Below are positions 25,555 to 37,432 of a stretch of DNA of 64,000 bases, piece after piece. The stretch comes from Camelus dromedarius (lineage: Eukaryota): assembly GCF_036321535.1 (NCBI RefSeq), contig NC_087436.1, forward strand, positions 38,566,001 to 38,630,000. The letters run 5' to 3'. A program made the translations under genes and the position numbers. The first letter of the stretch is position 1, and the number at the start of each line of letters is the position of its first letter. A model generated the notes under the pieces. The model did not search any database, was not told the origin of the DNA, and was given only the letters and a program-made list of their open reading frames with translations.

Positions 25555-25810
25555 AGAGAGAATATCTAAGAAGTTTTCAAAGTTGATTAAAGTCTCAAAC
25601 CACATTAAGAAGCCTACTGAACACCAGGCAGGATAAATACAAAGAAAATCTTGCCTAGTTATATCATAGTCAAAGCTATTCAAAACCAGAGACAAAGAGA
25701 AAAACCTTAAAAATAGCCTTAGATAAGAAAGATGGTTGGCTGGCTAAATATTTGGAAGCCAGAGACAATGGAATAACATCTTTTAAATGCTCAAAGGAAG
25801 TCAACAAACA
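25555..25810 (+). mobile_element. L1M ORF1 fragment
   Basis: caggataaatacaaagaaaatc..gcctagttatatcatagtcaaa...aaaaccagagacaaagagaaaaacctt...gaagccagagacaatggaataacatcttt. Confidence 0.65.
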
Positions 25811-25849
25811 CTATTTTTTAGTTTATCCATTGGCTTCTCACAGTTACAG

Positions 25850-26135
25850 TGGAATCAATGGTCTTTTCAACCTTCTACAACTTCACCAAAAGTGTAAAAA
25901 TACCAGTGTTTGATACACTTAGCTACTCCCTCATCTGTTTTCTTAGCATCTAGGATGTCAAAATATTCAAATTTCCCTTCCCTTATTTCCTCACTTTTCT
26001 AAATGTAGGTACTCCTCAGGGCTCTTTCCTTTACCTTATTCTTTTCTCACTATGTTCTCTCCCTCAGCATGATCTTATTTACTCTCTTCCATATGTTAGT
26101 GATCCCAAAATCCATTTTTTGCCTAAGCTGAGAGA
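25850..26135 (+). mobile_element. L2 fragment
   Basis: ctaaatgtaggtactcctcagggctctttcc...tcttttctcactatgttctctccctcagcatgatctt. Confidence 0.6.
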
Positions 26136-27660
26136 CTACATAATAGCTTTCAGTCTTTTTGAAACATAGGATAGCTTTTGAGATTAGAGACTTTAAAGAA
26201 CACAGAACAATGACTAATTTCTAAAAAACTGAAAAAAGTAAGATTTTAGGGCAGAAGTAAAAAGCTTATACTAATTGAAAACTGTATGTTTAAAAATTTC
26301 ACTATAATTTAAAGTGTAAGGAAAAACTTATGAATTTTATACAGATTCTTTCATCATCAGATGATTTACAAATATAATGTGATTACAAAGAGAGAATCAC
26401 AGTTTTATAAATGAAAAACTGAAGTCTTATCGTGGTTAAGGCAGCCTTGTGAATAACTTTCAAAAATCACATTAAAGAACTGTAATTGGTCCATGAAACT
26501 ATATACATGATGGCAACACAGTTTCATTATTGTGTTTTACCCTACCAATTTCTTAGGAAAAAACACATACTATGAATATAAAATGCTTCTTTTTTTATTA
26601 GACTCTAAACCTATTTCTTATTAGACCTGTCATTATGTTTTGACCCTAGAAGTATACACTGATGCTTAAAGTTATGAAAAAGGAACTTTCACTATCTTAC
26701 TGTCTCTTTTGGAGCTCAAATCAAACTCTACAATAAGGCTTCCCATCCACCAGATGATTCTGTCTCACAGATCAGAATAATCATACATTCAAAATTTTAA
26801 AATTTGAGCACAAATGTTTAATATGCATTACAGATGAATTATTAAAAGCAAAATACATGCCCTCTCAAGTTTTTAAAGAGTTATATTTCATAAATCTGCC
26901 CAGTGAAAATATTAAGGTAAGGTCCTCAATAATCTTTCATTCAAAGCCATCCAAATAAACATAAAATCCAAGTAAAAACAGCGAGTGACCTTGATATGCA
27001 AACACAGCTTCGATACTAGATTCTACTTCCAAATAGATTCAGAAATTCTGGAGCTACTACTTTATAATAATTTTGCTTTCCAACTATGATATGAAATTAA
27101 ACTTAAATATTGATATGGCTAAAATTTAACTAATACTAGTCTTGAATCAGAATCCCTGAACCCAAACTTTTAAAACCATGAATATTTATATAATCTCTGA
27201 AATTTTCAAAATAATAAACACACATCTTAAATTTGCATTAAAATACCTCAACATAAATAGTATATTACACATGTGTTATTTAGCTTAAGTTATACCCTAG
27301 ATTTGATCAATTATCTTAATGGAAAATTCACATTCCAGGGATGGTCGCCTAGCATTATATCAGAAAGGCCACACTCCAGAGACAGCTACTCCAAATGCTT
27401 CAGTTTTATTTCTGATCAATATTAGATTTTTAATAATTAAAATAATGAGTAATAAAATGAGGTTTCAATTGTAAAATTAATGCTTGTTTGTCAGCATGAT
27501 AAATATTAAAAATGGTCTCTCAATGGCCACATTAGTAGTATTCCAGATATGTGGATTGCCTAAAATGTTAGAGACACTCTTGTCCTTGCATGAAATATAT
27601 AGCAATCTAGGAAGGCCTGTTACTTAAATCTTTGGGCACAGAGCTTGAGGGTTGGGTTTT

Positions 27661-28921
27661 TTGTTTTGTTTACTTGTTTTTAAATTGAAGTTTAGTTGAT
27701 TTACAATGCTGTGTTAGTTTCTGGTGAACAGCACCGTAATTCAGCTTTTTATATATATATATATACACACACTATATATAAAATATATATTATTTTTCAT
27801 ATTCTATTTCCTCATAGGTTAGTATAAAATATTGAATGTAGTTCCCTATACTATACAGTAGGACCTTGTTTATTTATTTTATATATAATAGTTTGTATCT
27901 GCTAATCCCGAACTCCTCATTTATCCCACCCCCTCTTTCCTCTTGGGTAATCGTAAGTTTATTTTCTGTCTGTGAGTTTCTCTCTATTTTGCAAGTAAGT
28001 TCATGTGTATCATTTTTTTAAGATTCCACATATAAGTGATACCATATGATATTTGTCTTTCTCTGTCCGACTTACTTCACTTAGTATGATCATTTCTAAG
28101 TTCATCCATGTTGCTATAAAGGGCATTATTTCATTATTTTTTATGTCTGAAGTATATATTCCATCATGTGTGTGTGTGTATACACATATATATATATATA
28201 CATATACACCATAACTTCTTTATCTAGTCATCTATTGATGGATGTTTAGGTTGCTTGCATGTCTTGGCTATTGTAAATAGCGCTGCTATAAATATTGGGG
28301 TGTATTATTTATTTGAATTAGAGTTTTTTCCAGATATACACCCAGGAGTAGGATTGCTGGGTCATATTGTAAATCTATTTTTAGGTTTTTAAGGAATCTT
28401 CATACATTCTCCATAGTGGTTGCACCAATTTACATTCCTGCCAGCAGTGTAAGAGGGTTCCTTTTTCTTCACACCCTCCCCAGCATTTATCGTTTGTGGA
28501 CTTTTTAATGATGGCCATACTCACTGATGTAAGGTAATACCCCATTGCAGTTTTGATTTGTATTTCTCTAATAATAAGCGATATTGAGCTTTTTTTCATG
28601 TGTATTGGATATCTGTATGTATTCACTGGAGAAATATCTGTTAGATCTTCTTCCCATTTTTGATTGACTTGTTCAGGGTTTTTTTTGTTATTGAGTTGTA
28701 TGAGCTGTTTGTATATTCTGGAAGTTAAACCCTTGTCAGTTGCTTTGTTTGCAAATATTTTCTCCATAGGTTGTCTTTTCATTATGTTTATGATTTCCTT
28801 TGTTGTACAAAAACTTGATTGTTTGGTTAGATCCCATTAGTTTATTTTTGCTTTTATTTCTATTGCCTTGGGAAACTGATCTAGGATATCATTGCTACGA
28901 CTTATGTCAGAGAATGTTTTT
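27661..28921 (-). mobile_element. Cetartiodactyl/camelid-type L1, 5'-truncated (about 1.26 kb), with decayed TSD
   Basis: 3' end attgaagtttagttgatttacaatgctgtgttagtttctggtg; TSD agggttgggtttt (27648-27660) and aggcttgggtctt (28922-28934), 11/13. Confidence 0.92.
28381..28782 (-). pseudogene. L1 ORF2p C-terminal remnant including the cysteine-rich motif
   Basis: MKRQPMEKIFANKATDKGLTSRIYKQL...[26 protein letters not shown] is the L1 ORF2 C-x3-C-x7-H-x4-C region; it lies within a truncated L1. Confidence 0.85.
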
Positions 28922-30929
28922 AGGCTTGGGTCTTAATTGCTCTGGGATCCAGACACTGGAGTGAATAATTCTGTTTTCCTGAAGCCAGATATAATAAAAT
29001 CAACCAAATCCTGCCTTCAGAACATTGTTGCAATTGTTTCAAGAAAATGTTTTATGTAAGATGTCTTAAGGGCACCTAAAAAAGAGAGCTGGAACATAAT
29101 CAAACTTTCACAAGAAGCTATACAAATAGTTAAGTTCATACCTGGTAATCTGTTTGTTTAATAATTTAGTTACAAGGTTGTGAGGAAATAGCTGAACTGC
29201 ACCTCACTGAAAACTTTTTCACAGCTACCAATGTTCCAAAAGGATCCTAACAGTTGAACTGTCTCAATAGTGTTTGCATCAATGTCAGTCTGTAAGCTCA
29301 GAGTCCCATCCAGGGTTTTGGCAGTGGAAGCTTTTCTAAGACTCATTACTTAAGCTTCTATGAGAAGCTAACAATTAGCATACAGAGAGGCTCCAGCAAC
29401 TAAGCATCTCTTATGAAGGTGTAAAAACTTTCAACAGTAAAGACAATATATTAAAGACGAGTTCAGGGGACTCCATAGCCTTAATTTTGCACATAAACTA
29501 TGAATGAAGATATCACAGATAATGTAGGAGGGGATAGTGAAGACAGAAAAAGAGAGAAGCAGATCTTTGCATTACAAGCTGTTTGGGATCTACGAATGTT
29601 GTAAGTTAAGGGCAGAATATCTATATAGAAACACTCTTCCTCACACAATGGATAATTAATACCTTATAAATAGCTTGATAAGTCATTAAAAGAAATCACA
29701 CGTTGATTTCTTCAGAAGCAACCAGATCTTTCCTCAAATCATTTCGCTTTCAGAAATACACATTATGTGCTTAGTCACATCTGTTTTCAGAGCATTTATT
29801 CAGAAGGCCTACAATGAGCATTTGGCTTCCTGACAAAGTGCCTAAATATTTTCTTCCAAGCTCCCAGTTTCACCTGATATCCAGACTGATTTCTCTCCGG
29901 TCCTCATCCTCTTTTGGTTTTCTCTGTTCTAGAACAGTGATAGTAAAAAGCCTTTTCTATGATGGTCTTTGAGCAACTGGCTTAAGTTCACTGTCAGGAA
30001 CAAGAAATGGAACAGAGGTAAAGAAGAACAGGAAGTTTCTTCAAGTGCAGAATCAAGAATTATTCCAATTATGATATTTTCTTGTATTCAAGAGCCTAAT
30101 ATTTATAGCAATCCCAAAAAAGATTTTCTATATCTTTTGTTGTTGTTGTTAACAAGAAACAAACAAAAAAATTGTGCTACCAAAAAAAAAAAAAAAAGAG
30201 AGAGAGAGAGAAAGAGAGAGAGAACCTTAGTATCTCACTGCGCCTCACATAGAGCTCAACAATCAAACTTCAAGAAGAGGGGACCTTAGTAGAAGATGAT
30301 CATGAACTCTTTATCAGAGTCACGTTGTCACAAGTTACTCTGTTTTAACTGCTTTTTGCTCTTGTGTATATTTACTAGATATTCATATTTATAAAATAAA
30401 GAATCATTTTGGCATTGCTGAGATAATTTTTCCACTTCTATCATGTGAGGGTAGGGCATGTTTTGTGCTGAGCAGACAAAAATAATAGCTACCACATGTA
30501 GAAGGGAAAAAAGACGTGTATTTTGAAGCAGAAGCAGTATTCTTAACCACCACAAATTTAAGCAAATGAGAGGAGGGTTATGACTTATTACCAAAAGAAC
30601 CCTGTCACAACGGGAACACCCTAGATGTCACGTAAATATAAGGACCTCTGAGCACCTTCTTCTTGTCCCTGCTGCAGTCATCTAAGGCCCTGCCTGTGAA
30701 GTGCACCTAAGGGAGAGAATTCAGAGGCTGGTCTCATAGGGTAAAGTGATAGTCTCTGAAGTTTATTGGTTTTGATTAGTTTTCTACTTTCTTCTGCCCT
30801 GGAAGGCCCATTTCATTTTAAACAATTTCTCCTCTGGTTGCTAGCAAGCAAGAAAAATGTGGTATGTGATTATTAAATGTGGTATGTGGCATTAGCTGGA
30901 TTTTACATAATGGAATGTTATAGGACTTA

Positions 30930-31060
30930 CCATTTATTCACTCACTCATTCTATAAATATTAATATTAACTATGTGCCAGTCACTGCCCTAGACCCTGAG
31001 ACTCAGTGATAAACAAAAAATAAAAATCTCTGTCCTCTAAGAATTTACACTCCTATGAAT
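30930..31060 (-). mobile_element. L2 3' end
   Basis: ttattcactcactcattc...aaatattaat...ctatgtgccagtcactgccctagaccctgagactcagtgataaacaa. Confidence 0.75.
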
Positions 31061-31125
31061 TATTCATTGCCCTGGCAACATCAGTTGGTGTGCCAGTTAT
31101 ACATCCCATAATAAATAAAACACCT

Positions 31126-31797
31126 GTGGGGGAATTTATTTTTCAAAGATGGCTCCAGCACTATCTCCTACCCAACATGTTCTTAATAGAATGAGACTTT
31201 GACACTCCTCCAGAACAGGGGCTTTAGTAGGGTGACCAACTCATACTGATTTGCCTGGAACTCTTCTGGTTTTATCACTGAAAGTCCTGTGTCCCAGGAC
31301 ACCTCTTAATCCCAGGCAAAACATCCTGGGACTTGGTCACCTGAGATTTATCTTCCCTTGCCTTAATCTAGGTGGCTTATGACTACATCAAAAAGAATGT
31401 ATGTGATTTCCAAGACTAAGTCTTAGGTAATAGAGCAGTCACCCAATTCACCTGGAACCTGGCATCAAGCTCTGAGGAAGCTCAACCTAGTCCATGTGAA
31501 GAAACCATATGGAAAGGTCACAAAGCTACTCGGTGTTTCAGCCAACAGTACAGCTGAGATCCTAGCTAACAGCCACCAGAAATGGAAGTCTCCACATAAC
31601 TCAAGACCTCAGCCATCAAGTCACTCCCAGCTTTCAAGTATTCCCAGTTCAGACATTATGGAGCAGAAAAAAGGCAGCCCTGCTGTGCTCTTGTGGGTCC
31701 AACTTCCTGATGCATGCAGACACTAAAAGATAATGGCTGTTACTATTTTAAGTCACTAAGTAGAGGATGATTTGCTATTCAGAAATAGGTAAACGAC
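31126..31797 (+). mobile_element. MLT1 (MLT1G/H-class) solo LTR
   Basis: tgtggg...caaagatggctccagca...tgagactttgacactcctcc...cagacattatggagcaga...ttttaagtcactaag...gatttgctattcagaaataggtaa. Confidence 0.75.
31228..31344. mobile_element. MER81-like hAT-Blackjack MITE
   Basis: TIRs tagggtgaccaac...ttggtcacctga; internal tttgcctggaac..ggttttatcactgaaagtcctgtgtcccagga; about 117 bp. Confidence 0.85.
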
Positions 31798-33259
31798 AAA
31801 CTTTCCCAAACTTGGTGACTTAAAAAAAAAAACACTTTAATATAACTCAATTTTATGCACTAAGACCTCAGGTCCACTTTGGCTGGGTAAGGGTTCTGTT
31901 TCTCATAGCTTCTCAGCGGTAGCCAGCTGGCCAATAGGTTGCTTTGGAAAGTCCAAGACAGCATCACTCAACATGTTTGGCATCCTGGAAGCTATGATTT
32001 GAAACTGGGGCTTACTGGGACTGTTGAAGCACTTGTCCAGCATGGCAGGCTCAGGTTAGGCAGATTTAACTTACAGGTGGTAGACTTATTAGTGGTTGCT
32101 CAGAGCTTCCAGAGAGTGTTCTGGTAGGCCTGTGTGAAAGTTGCAAGGTTCCTTAGGACCTACCCAGCCTCAAAAGTCCCGGAAAGTGTACTCCACCATG
32201 TTCTAACAGTTAAGCAAGTCACTAAAGCCAGTCCAAATTCCTAGAGAGAGGAAATGGAATCTACCTCTCAAAGGGAAGAGTAGCAACCAATTTGCAGCCA
32301 TGTTGAATCTTCTATACTTGGTATCATAAAAACCATACAAGAGCACAAGTAGTTAAGATGACAAGATTGAGAGTTTAAAGGAAAAAGTGCATCCCTCTTC
32401 TTTATCTTTAGGTTGAGATAAACTCCTCAACAGCTATTTGGACTTTGAATCAAATGGTTTTTTTGTTTGTTTGTTTTTGTTTCAATGGCCATTACATTAA
32501 GGTCAGGGTGTTATGCTAATCATCTAAAAATGGCAAACATCAAACTTGTGTATGTAGGTGTCAGAAATTTAAAACAGGTTCTGTGGACTACTACTGTAAA
32601 TATGTATTACTGCTGTATTTCTTTAAGTGATTTAAAAAATAAGATTCTCTGAATCTATCACTAATCTTTATTAACAGTTTGGGGAAATGACGTAAATTCT
32701 AATAAATGAATATGGGAATCAGTGGAAATTCCAAGTATAAGGCAAAAGATGAGTTTTCTAAGTAAGACAAATTTCAGACTTGGTATTTTCACACATGTTG
32801 TTGCAACACATTTTACTTTGTGTTATAATTGCTAGTAGGATTCTGCCAAGGAGTTATTAGAAGCAAATTTAACATTAAGCAATGATGTTCACATCACCAG
32901 CTGCCTTCTAGCAAGCTTTCTGTCGTAGGCATATGGAGCCAGTGCTTATTTCAATGAGTTATAATCTTTACCAATTTAATAATCACTAGATGGCTATTGG
33001 ATCTGCACTTCTTGACTATGGAAGTTTCAAAGCCTCCAGTTTCCAATCTATTATTAGTTTTGAGTTGTACATTCCACACTTATTTCTCTCTTCTAAGAAT
33101 GATTTTTTTAAAGAAATTTTATTTGAATTTATTCCTTTTTAAATTTAAAGTGCATCTTCCCAGATTAAGATAAGCAAAAAAAATTACGAGAGGGTGAAAC
33201 TAATTAGAGATATCCCTCACATAATCTTTTTTCTTCCTTTAGCCTCTTATTTTTCTTTA

Positions 33260-33430
33260 TCATCATTATTAATAAACACTAATTTATGGCCCACTATATG
33301 CAGAGTATAGTGGACAACATCATGATTTCAAAAACATACAGAAAACAAAGCCTACATTCAAAAGGTTTACAATTTTGTTGAGGATATGTGACATATATAT
33401 AACAATATAAGGTAATTTGGAACTAGATGT
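33260..33430 (-). mobile_element. L2 3' fragment
   Basis: aataaacactaatttatggcccactatatgcagagtatagtg...cctacattcaaaaggtttacaatttt. Confidence 0.5.
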
Positions 33431-33879
33431 CAGATGGATAGGTGTGGGGCCCCTTGAATATTCCTGAAATTGAATCGTGTTCTCTAATCTAAGATACTAT
33501 GACCAGAGACATTACTCCTCCCTTTTAGAGACTATTCAGTTACCCTGACAATTCTCTGGTCACCCAGACTCCCAAGCACATAATTCATGACATCTTTAGA
33601 ATTAACCTCCTGCTATGATTCACTCTTTACGGAAGAGTCCTCTTGTCTGACTCCTCAAAATACTACCATACAAAGAATTTGGCACTGATAAACAGGCTAT
33701 TGAAAGAAACTATTATTTTAAAACTAAGAAGTTAATATCAATAGAAATAAATGGAAGCTAGAAAAACAAAGAGATAAAACATACTAAAATAAGGCTAGAA
33801 ATGGTGTCGCTCAGGCATGAGAAGGAAAGAAGAGTGAAAAAGGATGTACTATTAAGGAAGCAAAAGTTTCCTTCAGGTC

Positions 33880-34314
33880 AATGTGAGTTATCTAATAAAA
33901 CCACAATAATGTGTAACAAATAATCACAAAACCTTAGTGACATATAATGAGTGTTTACTGCTTGCACAAATAGGGTGATCAGGCAGTTCTCTCAGTCTTG
34001 CCTAGACTTGCTCACAAGTTATCTGGGGATAGGCTGCCTGTCAGCTGATATAGAATGACCTTGGCTGACTCAGCTGGGGCAACTTGGATTGCACTAATGT
34101 TGCTCATTTTCCAGCAGGCCAGACTAGCATGTTCTTTTCCTGGCAACAGGAAAGGCAAAGATGAGCAAACCTAATTGCATTAGCGTTTTACAAGACTCTC
34201 CAGCAGAAACAGAAGGTCAGAGCCAGAGAAGATCATGATAGTATGCATTATCTTACATGACCTAAGGTCTTGCAGGAATCTTGGTGAGGACACTGGGATA
34301 CTGAAGCCAATCTT
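33880..34314 (-). mobile_element. Old MLT1 (MLT1I/J-class) solo LTR
   Basis: gtgtaacaaataatcacaaaaccttagtgacatataa...gacttgctcaca...cagctggggcaac...ccagcaggccagactagcatgttct. Confidence 0.6.
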
Positions 34315-34818
34315 TTTAAAAAAATTTTTTTTAATTGAAGTATAGTTGATTTACAATGTCGTGTTAGCTTCAGGTGTACAGCTAGGTGATATATATATAT
34401 GCATGTATACATATATATGTGTATATATATGTATATGTACATATTATAATTCTTTTCAGATTCTTTTCCATTATAGGTTATTACAAGATACTGAATATAC
34501 TTCCCTGTGCTATACAGTAGTAGGTCATTGCTGTTTATGTATTTTATATGTAGTAGCGTCTATACGTTAATCCCAAACTCCTAATTTATCCCTTCCCCTC
34601 CTGCCTTTCCCCTTTGGTAATCGTAAGTTTGTTTTCAATGTCCGTGAGTCACTTTCTGTTTTGCAAATAAGTTCATTTGCATCATGTTTTTAGATCCCAT
34701 ACAAGTGATACCATACGATATTTGTCTTTGACTTACTTCTTAATATGATCACCTCTAGTTCCATCCATATTGCTGCAAATGGCATTATTTCATTCTTTTC
34801 TATACTGAGTAGTATTCC

Positions 34819-34863
<45 letters not shown>

Positions 34864-35956
34864 ACACATATACATGTATATATGTATATATCCAGTCATC
34901 TGTCAAGGGACATTTAGGTTGCTTCCATGTCTTGGCTATCGTAAATAGTGCTGCTATAAATATTGGAGTGCACGTACTTTTTCAAATTAGAGTTTTCTCT
35001 GGATACACACCCAGGAGTGGAATTGCTGGAGCATATGGTAACTCTATTTTTAGTTTTTTAAGGAATCTTCAAATTATTCTCTATAGTGGCTGCACCAATT
35101 TACATTCCCACCAACAGTGTGGGAGGGTTCTCTTTCCTCCACACCCTCTCCAGCATTTATTATTTGTAGACTTTTTAATGATGGGCATACTGACTGATGT
35201 GAGTTGATACTTCATTGTAGTTTTAATTTGCATTTCTTTACTAAGTAAACACAAAAGACCCCAAATAGTCAAAACAATCTTGAGAAAGAAGAGAGCTGAA
35301 GGAATCACACTCTCTGACTTCAGACTATACTACAAAGCGATAGTAATCAAAATAGTATAGTACTGGCACAGAAGCAGACATATAGATCTATGGAACAGGA
35401 TAGAAAGCCCAAAAATAAACCCATACACTTATGGTCAATTAATTTACTACAAAGGAGGTAAGAATACACAATGGAGAAAAGAGAGTCTGTTCAATAAGTC
35501 GTGCTAGGAAAACTGGACAGCTAAATGCAGAAGAATGAAATTAGAACATCTCCTACACCATATACAAAAATAAACTAAAAAATGTATTAAGACCTTAATG
35601 TAAGACCAAATACTTTGAAACTCCTAGAGGAAAACTTAGGCAGAATACTCTTTGACATAAATCACAGCAATATTTTGGGGGGATCCATCTCCTAGATTAC
35701 TGGAAATAAAAGCAAAATGAACAAATGAGGCCTAACTAAACTTAAAGAGCTTTTGCACCACAAAGGAAGCCACAAACAAAACAAGAAAGACAACCTACTC
35801 AATGAAAAAATATTTGCAAATGATGGAGCCTGCAAGGGATTCATTTCCAAAGTATACAAACAGCTCATACAGTTTAACATCAAAAAAACAAAATCCAATC
35901 CAAAATAGGCAGATGACCAGATGTAATAGATATTTCTCCAAAGAAGACGTGCTGAA
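34315..35956 (-). mobile_element. L1 with 5' inversion (twin priming): 34315-~35244 minus, ~35245-35956 plus
   Basis: Perfect TSD tgaagccaatctt at 34302-34314 and 35957-35969; orientation switch at catttctttactaa|gtaaacacaaaagaccccaaatag. Confidence 0.93.
34820..34890. repeat. (TG)~20 microsatellite with TA/CA tail, inside L1
   Basis: Direct reading of the sequence. Confidence 0.95.
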
Positions 35957-36009
35957 TGAAGCCAATCTTATCTTGACCTTAGAGACAAAGAATCCCAGCT
36001 AACATCTAG

Positions 36010-36597
36010 TGTATTAGTTTTCTGTTGCTGCTATAACAAATTACCATGAACTGAGGAGCTTAAAAAACAAACACAAATATATTATCTCACAGTTCTGTAG
36101 GTCAGAAATCTGGGTTTGCTCTACTGCTTTCTGTTCTGGTTTCACAAGGTCAAAATCAAAATGTTGACTAGCTGGTTTGTAGACTGCTCCAGGAAAAATT
36201 CCCTTTTAAGTTCATTCAGATTATTAGCAGAATCCAGTTCCTTGTGGTTTTAGGACTGAGGTCCCATGCCCTTGCTGTCTGTCAGCTAGTGGTCACTCTC
36301 AGTGTTCAGAGGCCACCTACATTCCTTGGTTCCCTTCATCTTCAAAGTCAGCTATAGTGGGTTAAATACTTCTCATTATCTGAATTTCTCTGACTTTACC
36401 CTCTGGTTCATCTCTACTACCTCCAGCCAGAGAAAGTTCTCTGCTGGGCCACCTGGATAATCCAGGATAACCCTCCTATTTTAAGGTTCCTAATCCTAAA
36501 TACATCAGGAAAATCCCTTTGCCACGAAATCTAACATATTCACAAATTCAAAGGATTAGAGTGTGGACATTTTGGGGTGCTGATCACCTACCATACC
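36010..36597 (-). mobile_element. MLT1E-like MaLR solo LTR
   Basis: tgtattagttttctgttgctgctataacaaattacca...ctcacagttctgtaggtcagaaatc...gcagaatccagttccttgtgg...ggattagagtgtggacattttgggg. Confidence 0.85.
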
Positions 36598-36957
36598 ATG
36601 GATCACAACCAATCCTTTCCTATGAAGAGCCTACGTCAAATTTGATAGTCATAAGGCCCAGGTTGGCTCCAGTTTTGTATATTTTATCAATTATCAGCTT
36701 GTGTTTTATATACCAGGTGTTCTCATTTGGGTTTTTACAATATATGATGGCTATAACTGGGGATTATCTTTTTACTTCATGATCAATCTATCTCCTCACC
36801 ACTATCTAAAAAAATACCTAGAGCAGAAGAGAGAGTAACCATTAATTTAATAACCCTAGAGTACTTCGTCTTCAAAGACAGCCCTCCACTACCCTCCTCA
36901 GTAGCACCAGATTCTCAGACCAAGAATTCTAATTCATCTATAAGTCTTAAGTCCAAC

Positions 36958-37432
36958 TATTATGGATTGAATTGTGTCCCCTCAAAGTTCTTATGCTGAA
37001 GTCCTAATTGCCAGTCCCTCAGAATGTGGCCTTATCTGAAAACAGTGTCACTGTATACATAATTAATTACAATGAGGTCATACTGGAGTAGGGACTATAT
37101 ACCCCAATATAGTATAGTGAGTTCCTACTCCAATATGACTGGTATACTTATAAAAAGGAGAAATTTGGACAGAGACACATACACAGGAAGAATACCATGT
37201 GAAGATGAGGGCAGAGATCTACAAACCAAGGAATGTCAAGGACTGCCAGCAAACCACCAGAAGCTAGAGAGACACATGGAACAGATTCTCCCTTACAGCA
37301 CTTAGGAGGAACCAACTCTGCCAACACCTTGATCTTGGTCTTTTAGCCTCCAGAACTATAAGACAATAAATTTCTGTTGTTAAGTCACCCAATTTGTGGT
37401 ATTCTTTAAGGCAACCCTAGCAAACAAATACA
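36958..37432 (+). mobile_element. MLT1C-like MaLR solo LTR
   Basis: tattatggattgaattgtgtcccctcaaa...caaggaatgtcaaggactgccagcaaaccaccagaagctag...agcctccagaactataagacaataaatttctgttgttaag...cctagcaaacaaataca. Confidence 0.9.

Larger units (their letters stand above)
31089..32318 (-). mobile_element. Old MLT1 (MLT1G/H-class) solo LTR, main body about 31798-32318, apparently split near its end by another MLT1
   Basis: cccaaacttggtgacttaaaa...gtccaagacagcatcactca...gttaagcaagtcactaaagccagtccaaattc...tttgcagccatgttgaatc; short terminal piece tgtgccagttatac...cataataaa at about 31089-31115. Confidence 0.6.

Noticed and set aside
26698..26760. Minus-strand peptide NHLVDGKPYC resembling a LIM-domain end, near a gtaag donor
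   Set aside because: An in-frame stop follows two codons later, the acceptor is poor and no other LIM residues are present.
29969..30289. 106-aa ORF with a basic KKKKKRERERKRER tract
   Set aside because: Non-ATG start, and the tract is just a translated poly(A)/(GA)n microsatellite.
34824..35207. 127-aa Cys/Val-rich ORF
   Set aside because: Translation of a (TG)n repeat plus antisense L1.
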